Assembly: GCA_037445065.1 (NCBI GenBank)
Contig: JBBILD010000005.1
Location: 1-64,000, forward strand
Origin: Myxococcales bacterium
GTDB lineage: Bacteria; Desulfobacterota; Binatia; HRBIN30
Direction of reading: 5' to 3'
DNA: 64,000 nt
Positions 47,564 through 59,283 of this stretch are shown piece after piece. The translations under genes were made by a program, and so were the position numbers. The notes under the pieces were generated by a model. That model ran no database searches. It worked only from the letters and a program-made list of their open reading frames with translations, and was not told where the DNA came from. Each line of letters begins with the position of its first letter. The first letter of the stretch is position 1.

Positions 47564-48945
47564 TGCGCTTTCGCAACCAAACGGTCTTGCACGTTGCCCA
47601 TTTGGTTCTGCAGATCGCCGTCGTTGGCACGACGTGCGGGTTCGCGTTGCTGCTTGCCGAACGTCACAACCGTCGTTTCGACCTGAGCCCGACCCAACGG
47701 TTCGTTCTCTCGGAGGCGGGCCGCAAAATCGCCCAGCAAATCGACCGCCCTGCGCAAATCATCGCGTTCTATACCCCGGACGAACCCGGGCAGCGGCGGG
47801 AGTTGTTCGACACGCTTGAGCTGTTCGCACGTGCGAATCCGTTGATTCGTTATCGCCTCGTAGACCTGAACCGTTCGCCGGCGCTTGCCCAGAATTACGG
47901 AATCTCGAACGCTGGTTCCGGAGTGCTTGAGCTGGACGGGCAGAGGGAAGTGATCCGCTTCCTCGACGAGGAAGGAATCGCCACCGCAATTTTGCGCCTG
48001 ACCCGACGAGGAGAGCGAACCGTCTGCTTTGTAACCGGCCATGGAGAACACTCCCCCTTCGACAATGATGAGCGACGCGGTTACTCGGAAGTGGGCAAGG
48101 CACTCGAGCGCGAGACCTTCCAGATCGAGGAACTCGAGTTCTTGCCGGCTGGGAGGATTGCCGAGCGGTGCCGGGTCGTGATCCTCGCCGGACCGACCCG
48201 ACAGTTTCTGCCTGGAGAGCTGGAATCGCTGCGCAGCTATTTAGCACAGGGAGGACAGGTCCTGCTGCTGGTCGACTCCGGAGCTCCGAATGACCTCCTG
48301 GCCTGGCTGGAACAGCAAGGGGCACGGGCCGGTCGAGACGTGGTACTGGACGAGCGCAATCGCCTGATCGGCATGGATCCTTCCGTGCTGACTGTTCCGG
48401 CGTTCAACAAGTCGGTGTTGCGAACCGATCTCGAGCCGGCCGTCTTCCCTGTCGCTCGGAGCATCGTCCCGACCGAGGAAGGGGACCGCTCGGGGCGTGT
48501 TCGTGTTTTGGCCCTGAGTAGCCCCGACAGTTGGGCTTACGTGGAAGATGGCCAGCTCCCAAACCGCGATGTGCGTTTTCGCCGTGGCAAGGACCAGCCG
48601 GGCCCGCTTCCGGTGGGGGTAGACATCGAATTTCCGGTCGCTAGCGGCGACCAGGTAGCCGGCCGGCTGATTGTTTTCGGGGATGCGGACTTTGCAACGA
48701 ACCTATCTTTGAACTGGCGCGGGAATAAGGACCTGTTCTTGAGCAGCGTTGGCCTTTTGGCCGAAGACCCGACGCTGGTGGCGGTCAGGAAAAAAGGCAT
48801 GCCGCGTGGCTCTGTGTCACCCATTTATCTCACAGAACGCCAGGATGCGCTCGTCTTCTGGACCGCTGTCGTGGTCGTTCCATCGCTGGTGGTACTGTTC
48901 GGCATCGTCGTGGCAACAACGCGCAGGCGGCGTGGATCGCGCTGA
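47563..48945 (+). CDS. GldG-like ABC auxiliary component
   Basis: RFDLS, GHGE, GDADF motifs; N- and C-terminal TM segments. Confidence 0.85.
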   Translation: MRFRNQTVLHVAHLVLQIAVVGTTCGFALLLAERHNRRFDLSPTQRFVLSEAGRKIAQQIDRPAQIIAFYTPDEPGQRRELFDTLELFARANPLIRYRLVDLNRSPALAQNYGISNAGSGVLELDGQREVIRFLDEEGIATAILRLTRRGERTVCFVTGHGEHSPFDNDERRGYSEVGKALERETFQIEELEFLPAGRIAERCRVVILAGPTRQFLPGELESLRSYLAQGGQVLLLVDSGAPNDLLAWLEQQGARAGRDVVLDERNRLIGMDPSVLTVPAFNKSVLRTDLEPAVFPVARSIVPTEEGDRSGRVRVLALSSPDSWAYVEDGQLPNRDVRFRRGKDQPGPLPVGVDIEFPVASGDQVAGRLIVFGDADFATNLSLNWRGNKDLFLSSVGLLAEDPTLVAVRKKGMPRGSVSPIYLTERQDALVFWTAVVVVPSLVVLFGIVVATTRRRRGSR

Positions 48946-48957
48946 AAGACGCGGATC

Positions 48958-49539
48958 ATGAGCGGCAGATTTACGATCGTGGCTACCGCCATTCTCGTAC
49001 TCACGGCGGTTGTCTATTTCCTCGACCGTACGCCTGAACCGCCGCCGCGGCGTGTGGGTCTGCCGGGAGCCAGCACCCCCCGCCCCACCCTCCCTCCAGT
49101 CACGCCCATCGTGGGCATTAAGGCGGAGCGGTTCCGCAAACTGGTCTTGCGCATTGGCCCAGAAACGCGCGTGACGGAGCGCACGGGCAATGGGTGGTCT
49201 CACACGGACAGAAGCAGCCTCGTGGAGGATTTCGTGGCCGATTTAACCAGTTTGGGGGTGCTGGACCGGATCGCGGTCGAGAACGCTGATGCGCTGCAGG
49301 AGTACGGGCTACTCCCTCCCCAAGCAGTGTTAGAAATCCATACGCTCGACTCCGAGCGGCCGATCGAGGTCTATTTCGGCAATCTCAATCCGCCGGGAAC
49401 GAACCTGTACCTACGTGTTCCTCCGAGCCAGGACGTCCTCCTGGGTGGGGCACTCTTGAAATGGAGTCTAGAACGCACTTTTCAGGTTCTCCACAGCTCA
49501 GAGCCCAGCCCTGCGCCTATCCAGCGCACGAATTCCTGA
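48958..49539 (+). CDS. DUF4340-like anchored protein
   Basis: N-terminal TM; EYGLLPP, G-x-x-N-P, Y-x-R; follows the GldG-like gene. Confidence 0.7.
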   Translation: MSGRFTIVATAILVLTAVVYFLDRTPEPPPRRVGLPGASTPRPTLPPVTPIVGIKAERFRKLVLRIGPETRVTERTGNGWSHTDRSSLVEDFVADLTSLGVLDRIAVENADALQEYGLLPPQAVLEIHTLDSERPIEVYFGNLNPPGTNLYLRVPPSQDVLLGGALLKWSLERTFQVLHSSEPSPAPIQRTNS

Positions 49540-49616
49540 GGCGCTGAGGGTCACCCTCTCCCGCGGGCCAAAGATCTCCTCGGTCCCCACCTTCCACAGT
49601 TGCGGAAAACGAACAC

Positions 49617-49645
49617 TTGCGTCATAGACTCATTGAATCCATAAT
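49617..49645 (+). promoter_or_regulatory. Putative sigma70 promoter
   Basis: TTGCGT-17 nt-CATAAT upstream of a small ORF. Confidence 0.55.
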
Positions 49646-49671
49646 TGGTCGCACGCAACGGAGTCTCACCC

Positions 49672-49929
49672 GTGAAAGGCAAACCTACGATCAAATCTCT
49701 ACGAAAAGTCTACATCGATGTCGGGGGGCAACGCGTGGTCGCTTGGGAACCAAAGGATCCAGATCTTCGCTCCTTGGGTCGTTGGACTGACGCGCAAGCG
49801 CTCCTGCGCCGAATTGATGAGCTCGACAATCCCACTGCCGACGCCGCGGGCCCTGCCCGGCAGTGGCAGCAAGCGTGGCGTGGCCGCATCGCTGTAGCGG
49901 GCAAGGCAAAATCCAAGCGAGCGGCGTAA
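49672..49929 (+). CDS. Small basic hypothetical protein (85 aa)
   Basis: GGAG RBS, GTG start and its own promoter-like element. Confidence 0.6.
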   Translation: MKGKPTIKSLRKVYIDVGGQRVVAWEPKDPDLRSLGRWTDAQALLRRIDELDNPTADAAGPARQWQQAWRGRIAVAGKAKSKRAA

Positions 49930-50101
49930 CCGGCAGCCATCCCGCGCCCGGTTTGGAGGGAGAGAACCAAGGGATCGGAACCGGCTGCTCGACGGCCGGT
50001 TGTGATCTGCGTTCCCGAGCGGAGGTGCGCTTCCGTAGCCGCGAGAGACAGGGGGGTTCGTTGCCCGCGCAGGGACTTCCCGTCTGCACGGCAAGCTCTG
50101 C

Positions 50102-50545
50102 TCACGAGCCCTGAGAGAGTTTGCGAATCAGCTCACTGGCCAGCTTCCCATCGAACCGACCTGCATAACGCTCGCGCAGCTTTTGCATGATCGGCCCGAT
50201 CTGGAAACCGCCGACTTCCTTCGCCAGGTCCCGAATCACTGCTTCCAACTGGTCCACAGAGAGTTCTCGCGGGAGGTACGATTCGAGAATCGCCTTCTCC
50301 CGTTCATTTCGCTCCGCCAGATCCTGCCGATTCGCTTGCCGCGCAAACTGTGCCGCCTCGGCCCGTTGGTTCGCCTCCTTCCGAAGAAGCTGGATGATGT
50401 CCGCTTCGCTCAGCGAGTTCACCATCCGCTGCACCTTGAGGTTCTTGATCGCGGTCATGACGCCGCGCAGTACCAGAACCTTCTCGGTCTCGCGGGCCTT
50501 CATGGCCCGTTGTAGGTCTGCCTGGAGTTGTTCTTCAGTGGGCAT
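50102..50545 (-). CDS. GatB/YqeY domain protein
   Basis: AMKARE, ILESYLP, GPIM, DGK; strong RBS. Confidence 0.9.
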   Translation of the reverse strand: MPTEEQLQADLQRAMKARETEKVLVLRGVMTAIKNLKVQRMVNSLSEADIIQLLRKEANQRAEAAQFARQANRQDLAERNEREKAILESYLPRELSVDQLEAVIRDLAKEVGGFQIGPIMQKLRERYAGRFDGKLASELIRKLSQGS

Positions 50546-50564
50546 GAACCCCCTCCCGTTGGAG

Positions 50565-53024
50565 CTAGCGGAATAGCCGGCCCGGCAGGCTGGCGATGTC
50601 GAGGGCTGTGATGAGCCCGTTGCCATCAGCGTCCGCCCCTGCTGAGATCCGCACGGAGCCGCGCGCCGCGACATCTTCCACGCGAAGTACCAGCCGTTCT
50701 GAGATTTTCCTCGCCAACGCTACGCAATCCGACGCAGTCACACGGCCGTCACCATTGCCATCCCCGCGGAACAGCCCAGCCGCACGGATGTTTGTCAGCA
50801 CAGACATGGTGGGCGCGGGCGAAGTGGTAGCCGCAGCAGCATCGTATCGTCCATCGCCATCGAAATCTGCTGTGACGAGGCTCACCGGGCGCCGATTGAC
50901 ACCGGTCACATCAGCGCTTTGAAATGCTCGCGGATTTCCGCCACTGCGAAGGAACAAGCGGATACTGTTGTTGGTCTCCCCGGCCACCAAGACATCCGGG
51001 GCACCATCTCCATCCATATCTCGCGCCGCCACGGCGGCCGGAACCTCCCCAGCACCTACACTGAGGGGCCGCGTGATGGAATTCGGGAAACGACCGGTTC
51101 CGTCACCAAAGAACACGTTCACACCTGCGGGCTGCACAGTGCTGACTGCGATGTCGTCGAGGCCGTCGCGATCAAAGTCTGCCACCGCAATACTGCGAGG
51201 CCCGCCCGAAACGCCCAAAGACGTGGGAGTGCCAAATGTGCCATCCCCGTTCCCCAAGGCAATCGAAACATTGCTGGACGCGTTATTTGCGGTGACCAAA
51301 TCAGCAATGCCGTCCTGATTAAAATCTCCGACGTCCACTCCCAGCGGTAAGTCACCCACTTGGAAAGAGGTACGTGGCACAAACACCCCGCCAGGACCTC
51401 CGGAAAGGACTTGCACCACGCCTTCCCCGGAAACTTGCTGCCCAACGAGTGCAAGGTCGGTGCGCCCATCACCGTCGAAATCCCAAGCCACAGCAGCGTT
51501 CACGCTTCCAGCGGAGTGCCCAATGGGCGCTTTGTTCTCGAAGGAACCGGACTGATTTTGACGGAAAACACTCACCACCGCCGGGGACCGATTGATCAGC
51601 GCAAAATCGGCTCGCAAATCACCGTCAAAGTCGCCCGCCACCACGGCAATCGCGTCTCCGGCCGAAAGCAACTCTCGCGCAGCACCGAACCCGCCTGTTC
51701 CAAAAGACGAAAACACCCTTGCCCGCCCCACCTGCGCCCCTGCTCCCACTTGAGCGACAAGCGCATCCGAAAGCCCATCTCCCTCGAGATCGGCGACCGC
51801 CACCTGAACCGGGGCACCCGATAACGGCACGTTTTCCACGCCCGACAGTCTGCCGCCACCGAGACTGCGCAACACCGCAGCGCTGGGACTTGTCCCTCCG
51901 CCGCGCGTCAACCCCACCGCGTCCACACGGCCGTCGCCATCCAGATCACCGGCCAGCACTCCCAACGGCTCGGCGTCGGCCACAAAGGCACGGGCGGCCA
52001 GAAATCCGCCCTGCCCGTCACCACGCAGCACGGCGACATCGAAACTGAAATTGTTGGCGACCAGAGCGTCGAGCCGTCCATCCGCATCCACATCACCAAG
52101 TGCCAGCCCCCGCGGGGTTGCCGCTACCGCCCCCACCGGGAATTCTTGGGCTGCGGCAAAGTTCCCCCCTCCCACGTTTCGGATCACACTGACGCTGTCA
52201 CTGTTCCCATTGGTTAAGAGGATATCCAGCCGACCGTTTCCGTCCAGGTCCGCCAGCGCCACGGCATTGGGGGCCTGCCCGACCCCCACCCGGCGCAGCA
52301 GGGTAAACCCTCCGGCACCGTCGCCTCGCAGGATGTACACCTCGTCCGTGCCTTCATTGGCCACCGCAAGATCCACGCGGCCGTCTCCGTCGAGGTCCCC
52401 GGCCGCCGCCGAAGCCGAGCCGAAACCGGCGTCAAAAAGCTCCGGGGTGGGGGTGAACGACCCATCGCCGTTGCCGTACAGTACACGCCCCACCCCCGCC
52501 TGTTGGAGAGTATCGCCAACGGCAATCAGGTCCAACAACCGGTCTCGATTCAAATCCACCGCTACCAGGCTACGTGCAGAGAATGCCAGATCCAGCGAGC
52601 TGCCGAAGGAGGCGAAAGTTCCGTCTCCGATTCCTCGCCACAGACTCAACAAATTGGAGCTGTCGGCGATCGCAAGGTCGATCAATCCATCGCGATTCCA
52701 ATCGCCGCCGACCACCGCGGAAGGGATCACGCCCACAAGGTCCGTCGAGGGCCCGCTTACAAGCCGCCCGCCCTCAGACCCAAACAAAACGGTGAGGGAC
52801 TGGGCCTGGGAAAGGACCACTGCATCCAGCCTCCCGTCTGGCTGTCCGTTCGGGGATCCGACATCCGCCAGCACTCCGAGCCCCGTTGCATCGCTGGTCG
52901 TGCCCGGTAGCACGCTCAGCGAAGCCGCTCGAAACGTAGGCTGTGCCACACCGACCGCTGCGACTCCCATCCATAGGCTTGCAACCGCTACTGCCAAACC
53001 CGAAGGCAACGCTCGTCGTCCCAT
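50565..53024 (-). CDS. Secreted FG-GAP/VCBS repeat protein with C-terminal dockerin-like domain
   Basis: Signal peptide; 14 D-x-D/N-x-D-G-x-x-D-type repeats; GDGNGDGRVTASD...ADADGNGLITALD. Confidence 0.88.
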   Translation of the reverse strand: MGRRALPSGLAVAVASLWMGVAAVGVAQPTFRAASLSVLPGTTSDATGLGVLADVGSPNGQPDGRLDAVVLSQAQSLTVLFGSEGGRLVSGPSTDLVGVIPSAVVGGDWNRDGLIDLAIADSSNLLSLWRGIGDGTFASFGSSLDLAFSARSLVAVDLNRDRLLDLIAVGDTLQQAGVGRVLYGNGDGSFTPTPELFDAGFGSASAAAGDLDGDGRVDLAVANEGTDEVYILRGDGAGGFTLLRRVGVGQAPNAVALADLDGNGRLDILLTNGNSDSVSVIRNVGGGNFAAAQEFPVGAVAATPRGLALGDVDADGRLDALVANNFSFDVAVLRGDGQGGFLAARAFVADAEPLGVLAGDLDGDGRVDAVGLTRGGGTSPSAAVLRSLGGGRLSGVENVPLSGAPVQVAVADLEGDGLSDALVAQVGAGAQVGRARVFSSFGTGGFGAARELLSAGDAIAVVAGDFDGDLRADFALINRSPAVVSVFRQNQSGSFENKAPIGHSAGSVNAAVAWDFDGDGRTDLALVGQQVSGEGVVQVLSGGPGGVFVPRTSFQVGDLPLGVDVGDFNQDGIADLVTANNASSNVSIALGNGDGTFGTPTSLGVSGGPRSIAVADFDRDGLDDIAVSTVQPAGVNVFFGDGTGRFPNSITRPLSVGAGEVPAAVAARDMDGDGAPDVLVAGETNNSIRLFLRSGGNPRAFQSADVTGVNRRPVSLVTADFDGDGRYDAAAATTSPAPTMSVLTNIRAAGLFRGDGNGDGRVTASDCVALARKISERLVLRVEDVAARGSVRISAGADADGNGLITALDIASLPGRLFR

Positions 53025-53168
53025 TCCCCTCTCTCCTGCAACTGGGGCCAGCCGGCCCACCGTTCTGGTGCACGGTGTCGGTCAGCACCGGCGATCGACC
53101 CGGCACGAGCGCCCATGCTTCCACGAAAGCCGCGCCAAGTAACCCGCTTACATAAAGGCGCCCCGTCT

Positions 53169-54968
<1,800 letters not shown>

Positions 54969-55038
54969 TGCAGAGCGAGGCCCCCAGCAAAACTAAAAGA
55001 AGAGGCTCGCTTTTGCCAATGCGACGACTGGCCCGCCG

Positions 55039-55962
55039 TCAGCGCAGCTGGCTGCGGAAAAACTCGACGGTGCGTTCCAGTCCGCTGCGCAAGTCTACTT
55101 GTGGCCGCCAGCCCAAGACCCGCTCTGCAAGAGCACTGTCAATGGCGCTCCGGCGCTGCTCCCCTGGCTTCGCGGGGCCGTGCTTCTCCGGCAGTCGCAC
55201 ACCCGTTACCTCGCACAACATCCGGAACAGCGTGTTCACATCCGTTTCGCGTCCGGTACCGAGGTTCAGCGGGCCGCAGTAGTCCGATTCGAGTGCGAGC
55301 AGGTTCGCCCGCACCAAATCGCCCACGTAAACGTAGTCGCGTGTCTGGAATCCATCGCCATGAATCACCGGCTGCTCCCCGCGTAACAGTTTCTCGGTAA
55401 AAATGGCGACGACACCGGCCTCGCCATGCGGGTTTTGCCGCGGCCCGTAAACGTTCGCGTAACGCAAACCGACCCATGAGATTCCGTACTGCACGGAGTA
55501 AAAATGCAGGTACCGCTCGCTGGCTAATTTGGCCACCCCATAGGGGCTCACCGGCTCGGTTCGGTGCGATTCGGGACAGGGAAACACATCCTGTTCGCCG
55601 TAAATGGCTCCTCCCGTCGAGGCGAACAACACCCGACGCAGTCCGCTCTCTCGCCCCGCCTCCATCAAATTGAGCAGCCCGAGGATATTGACAGAGGCAT
55701 CGAAGGCCGGATCCGCTACACTCCGACGCACGTCCATCTGGGCAGCGTGGTGGCACAACACTTCCGGCCGTTCCTGCCGAACGATTTCGCGCACCTCGGG
55801 TGCACGCACGTCCAGCTGGTAAAAGCGTGCGCGCTGGGGAAGGTTCTCCCTGCGCCCAGAAGACAAATCGTCAATCACGGCCACTTCGTGCCCTTCGCGC
55901 ACGAATGCCTCAGCAACGTGGGAACCGATGAAGCCGGCTCCGCCGGTCACCAAGATTCTCAT
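55039..55962 (-). CDS. NAD-dependent nucleotide-sugar epimerase (GalE-like)
   Basis: [29 protein letters not shown]. Confidence 0.9.
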   Translation of the reverse strand: MRILVTGGAGFIGSHVAEAFVREGHEVAVIDDLSSGRRENLPQRARFYQLDVRAPEVREIVRQERPEVLCHHAAQMDVRRSVADPAFDASVNILGLLNLMEAGRESGLRRVLFASTGGAIYGEQDVFPCPESHRTEPVSPYGVAKLASERYLHFYSVQYGISWVGLRYANVYGPRQNPHGEAGVVAIFTEKLLRGEQPVIHGDGFQTRDYVYVGDLVRANLLALESDYCGPLNLGTGRETDVNTLFRMLCEVTGVRLPEKHGPAKPGEQRRSAIDSALAERVLGWRPQVDLRSGLERTVEFFRSQLR

Positions 55963-56918
55963 GGAGCCTCCAAGCCAAGAAGCCTGCGAAAGTATTCGAT
56001 CGTGTAGGTCAACCCCTCCTCCAGCCCGACTTGCGGCTCCCACCCCAACAACGTTCGCGCGCGCGTAATGTCGGGCTGGCGGATATGGGGATCGTCTTTG
56101 GTGCGCTCGTCTTTCGGAGTTACAAATTCGATCGGCGAGCGCCCGCCCGTCAGCCGTTGCACCACCTTGGCGAACTCGAGCACGGTCATCTCCCGCGGAT
56201 TGCCCAGATTCACCGGCTCGACCACATCGGACTCGAGCACGCGCACCATGCCTTCCACCAAGTCGCTTACGTAACAGAAGCTGCGCGTGCGCGAACCATC
56301 GTCATACACGGTCAAGGGCTCGCCGCGCAGTCCCTGGGCGATAAAGTTCGTGACAACGCGGCCATCATCCGCACGCATTCGCGGCCCGTACGTGTTGAAG
56401 ATGCGAACGATGCGCGTGTCGATGCCGTGGTAACGGTGGTAGGCCATCGTCATCGCCTCGGCAAATCTCTTCGATTCGTCGTAAACGCCGCGCGGGCCGA
56501 TCGGATTGACGTTGCCCCAATACGTCTCAGGCTGGGGGTGAACTTGCGGGTCCCCGTACACCTCTGAAGTCGAAGCGAGTAAGAATCGCGCCTTGTGCTT
56601 GCGAGCAAGCCCGAGAGCCTTGTGGGTCCCTAGCGCCCCGACCTTCAAAGTCTTGATCGGTTCGCGCAAATAATCCACCGGGCTTGGCAGCGAGGCTAGG
56701 TGGAGAATCGCATCGAGGTGCCCGTCAATGTAAATGTACTCGGTCACGTCGTGTTTCACAAAGCGAAAGCGATCGTGCCCGGCCAAATGGGCAATGTTAC
56801 GCGGGTGCGAGGTGAAAAAGTTGTCCATGGCGATCACCTCGTGCCCGTCCGCCAGCAGGCGATCGCACAAGTGTGAGCCAATGAAGCCGGCACCGCCCGT
56901 GATCAGAATTCTAGCCAT
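55959..56918 (-). CDS. UDP-glucuronate decarboxylase (UDP-xylose synthase)
   Basis: [36 protein letters not shown]. Confidence 0.9.
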   Translation of the reverse strand: MARILITGGAGFIGSHLCDRLLADGHEVIAMDNFFTSHPRNIAHLAGHDRFRFVKHDVTEYIYIDGHLDAILHLASLPSPVDYLREPIKTLKVGALGTHKALGLARKHKARFLLASTSEVYGDPQVHPQPETYWGNVNPIGPRGVYDESKRFAEAMTMAYHRYHGIDTRIVRIFNTYGPRMRADDGRVVTNFIAQGLRGEPLTVYDDGSRTRSFCYVSDLVEGMVRVLESDVVEPVNLGNPREMTVLEFAKVVQRLTGGRSPIEFVTPKDERTKDDPHIRQPDITRARTLLGWEPQVGLEEGLTYTIEYFRRLLGLEAP

Positions 56919-58231
56919 TAGGGTTTCACGGGCCGTCGCCCGATCGAATAGTACACAAAGCCGAGGGCGCGCATGTCTTCTGGGTCGTAAATGTTCCGAC
57001 CGTCAAAGATTACCGGGCGCTTCATGAGTTTCTTCATCCGTTCGAAATCCGGACGGCGAAATTCGTTCCACTCGGTCACTACAAGCAAAGCGTCCGCCCC
57101 GTTCAGTGCATCGTAGTTCACCCGGTGGTAGACGATGCGGTCGCCGAAGATCTTGCGTGCCTCGCCCAGCGCCTCCGGATCGTGCGCGTGTACCTCGGCA
57201 CCTTTGCCAAGCAGCGCCTCGATAATCGTAATCGAGGGAGCCTCCCGCATGTCATCGGTGCGTGGTTTGAACGCCAAGCCCCACACGGCGAAACGCATGC
57301 CTCGCAAGTAGTCTCCAAAGTGCTCCGTGACCTTTTCCACCAACGTGCGCTTTTGCCGCTCGTTGACTTCTTGCGCCGCTCGCAGCATGCGGAAGCTAAG
57401 CCCGTGTTCCTCCGCGGTGCGAATCACGGCCTGCACGTCCTTTGGGAAGCAAGACCCCCCATAGCCCACGCCGGGAAAGAGGAAGTGCTGTCCGATGCGC
57501 CGGTCAAACCCAACGCCACGACGCACGTCGTCAATGTTCGCTCCCACTTTTTCGCACAAGTTGGCAAACTCGTTCATCAGGGAAATACGAGCCGCGAGCA
57601 TTGAGTTGGCGCAATACTTGGTCATTTCCGCGCTTGCCGGGCTCATCACCAAAATCGGTTGCTCCGTACGCACGAACGGCTCGTAGAGTTCCTTCATCAA
57701 CTCAATCGCGCGCGCGCTATCCGCCCCGATCACCACTCGATCTGGCTTCATGAAATCTTCGATCGCAGCCCCTTCTTTCAGAAACTCCGGATTCGACACC
57801 ACGTCGAACGGGTGCACCGTCCGGGAGGCAACAATCTGGCGAATGCGTTCCGCCGTGCCCACGGGAACGGTACTCTTGGCCACGATCACGCGGTATCCAT
57901 CCATCGCCTCGCCGATTTCTGCGGCTACGCGCACCACCGCGCTCAAATCAGCGCTACCGTCGTCGCTTTGCGGGGTTCCGACCGCAATGAAGCACACCAG
58001 AGACTTGCGCACAGCGTCAGCCAAATCGGTGGAGAAGGACAGGCGTCCTTCCTCGAGATTGCGGCGAATCAACTCCGCCAGCCCCGGCTCATAAATCGGT
58101 ACGTGGCCCTGCCGGAGCCGTGCGATTTTCTCCGCGTCAATGTCCACGCAAATCACGTCATTGCCACTTTCGGCAAAGCACGTCCCGGCCACTAAACCTA
58201 CGTAACCCGTACCAACGACGCAGAGTTTCAC
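56918..58231 (-). CDS. ugd: UDP-glucose 6-dehydrogenase
   Basis: [42 protein letters not shown]. Confidence 0.95.
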   Translation of the reverse strand: MKLCVVGTGYVGLVAGTCFAESGNDVICVDIDAEKIARLRQGHVPIYEPGLAELIRRNLEEGRLSFSTDLADAVRKSLVCFIAVGTPQSDDGSADLSAVVRVAAEIGEAMDGYRVIVAKSTVPVGTAERIRQIVASRTVHPFDVVSNPEFLKEGAAIEDFMKPDRVVIGADSARAIELMKELYEPFVRTEQPILVMSPASAEMTKYCANSMLAARISLMNEFANLCEKVGANIDDVRRGVGFDRRIGQHFLFPGVGYGGSCFPKDVQAVIRTAEEHGLSFRMLRAAQEVNERQKRTLVEKVTEHFGDYLRGMRFAVWGLAFKPRTDDMREAPSITIIEALLGKGAEVHAHDPEALGEARKIFGDRIVYHRVNYDALNGADALLVVTEWNEFRRPDFERMKKLMKRPVIFDGRNIYDPEDMRALGFVYYSIGRRPVKP

Positions 58232-58320
58232 GATCCCTCCTCAGCTCGAAGCGTAGAGTCTGGACTCGACAGCCGGGTAGCAAACAAAGCTACGAAGCAA
58301 GCAAACAAGGCGAGGCCGGT

Positions 58321-59283
58321 CTAGCCAGGGTGACTCGGCAAGTCAACGCGCCGTGCTAGCCGATAAATGGGCTTGCGCTGGGATTCGTGGTAGGTCCGCA
58401 CGAGCAGCTCCCCAAGCAATCCCATGGTGACGAACTGTAAGCCCATCAGCGTGAGTAAGATGCCGAGCCAAAGCAACGGGCGGTTAGCTAGCGGGTGGCC
58501 GAGCAGCAAACGCTGGAGCCCGAGATACGCGGTCAGTGCGAGGCCCGCAGCCCCGCAAACCACTCCAATCGAGCCAAAGATTTGAATGGGGCGTGTCGAA
58601 TAGCTCGACAGGAACTTTACCGTGATGAGGTCGAGCAAGACCTTCCACGTCCGCGACAGGCCATACTTCGACCTGCCGTAGCGGCGGGCTCGGTGGTGAA
58701 CCGGAATCTCTTGAATCCGTGCACCCAAGTCCTCAGCCAAGGCAGGAATAAAGCGATGAAGTTCGCCATAGAGGCGCAGGCCCTTGGCCACCGGCTGGCG
58801 TAAGACGCGCAGCGTGCACCCGTAATCGTGTAAGCGTACGCCGGTAATCCAGCCGATGAGCCGATTCGCCACCCACGAGGGCAGGCGGCGACTCCAGAAC
58901 GGATCCTGACGAGGGGTCCTCCACCCGTTGACCAGGTCGTACCCCTTTTCCAACTCGGCGAGCAGCCTGGGGATATCCCCCGGGTCGTTCTGCCCGTCGC
59001 CGTCCAGCGTGACAACGAACTCACCCCGCGCGTGATCGAAGCCCGCCGCTAGCGCCGCCGTCTGCCCGTAATTGCGGGCTAGATGCAAGACCGCAACGTG
59101 TGGATCCTGCTGCGCAAGCTCGTCGAGCAACGCCGCGCTGCCGTCGCGACTGCCGTCGTTCACATAAAGGATCTCGTACGGAAGCCCCAACGGCTGCACG
59201 GCCCGAACGATCTCCGCGTGCAGGGGGCGAAGGCTCTCCACTTCATTGTATACCGGGACGACGATGGAAAGCCGTACGCTCAT
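58321..59283 (-). CDS. GT2 polyprenyl-phosphate glycosyltransferase (ArnC/DPM-like)
   Basis: PVYNE, DGSRD, RNYGQ, DGDGQNDP, HRFIP; two C-terminal TM segments. Confidence 0.9.
   Translation of the reverse strand: MSVRLSIVVPVYNEVESLRPLHAEIVRAVQPLGLPYEILYVNDGSRDGSAALLDELAQQDPHVAVLHLARNYGQTAALAAGFDHARGEFVVTLDGDGQNDPGDIPRLLAELEKGYDLVNGWRTPRQDPFWSRRLPSWVANRLIGWITGVRLHDYGCTLRVLRQPVAKGLRLYGELHRFIPALAEDLGARIQEIPVHHRARRYGRSKYGLSRTWKVLLDLITVKFLSSYSTRPIQIFGSIGVVCGAAGLALTAYLGLQRLLLGHPLANRPLLWLGILLTLMGLQFVTMGLLGELLVRTYHESQRKPIYRLARRVDLPSHPG

Noticed and set aside
49592..49610. DnaA boxes or replication origin
   Set aside because: Only partial TTCCACA matches; no box cluster, DUE or dnaA context
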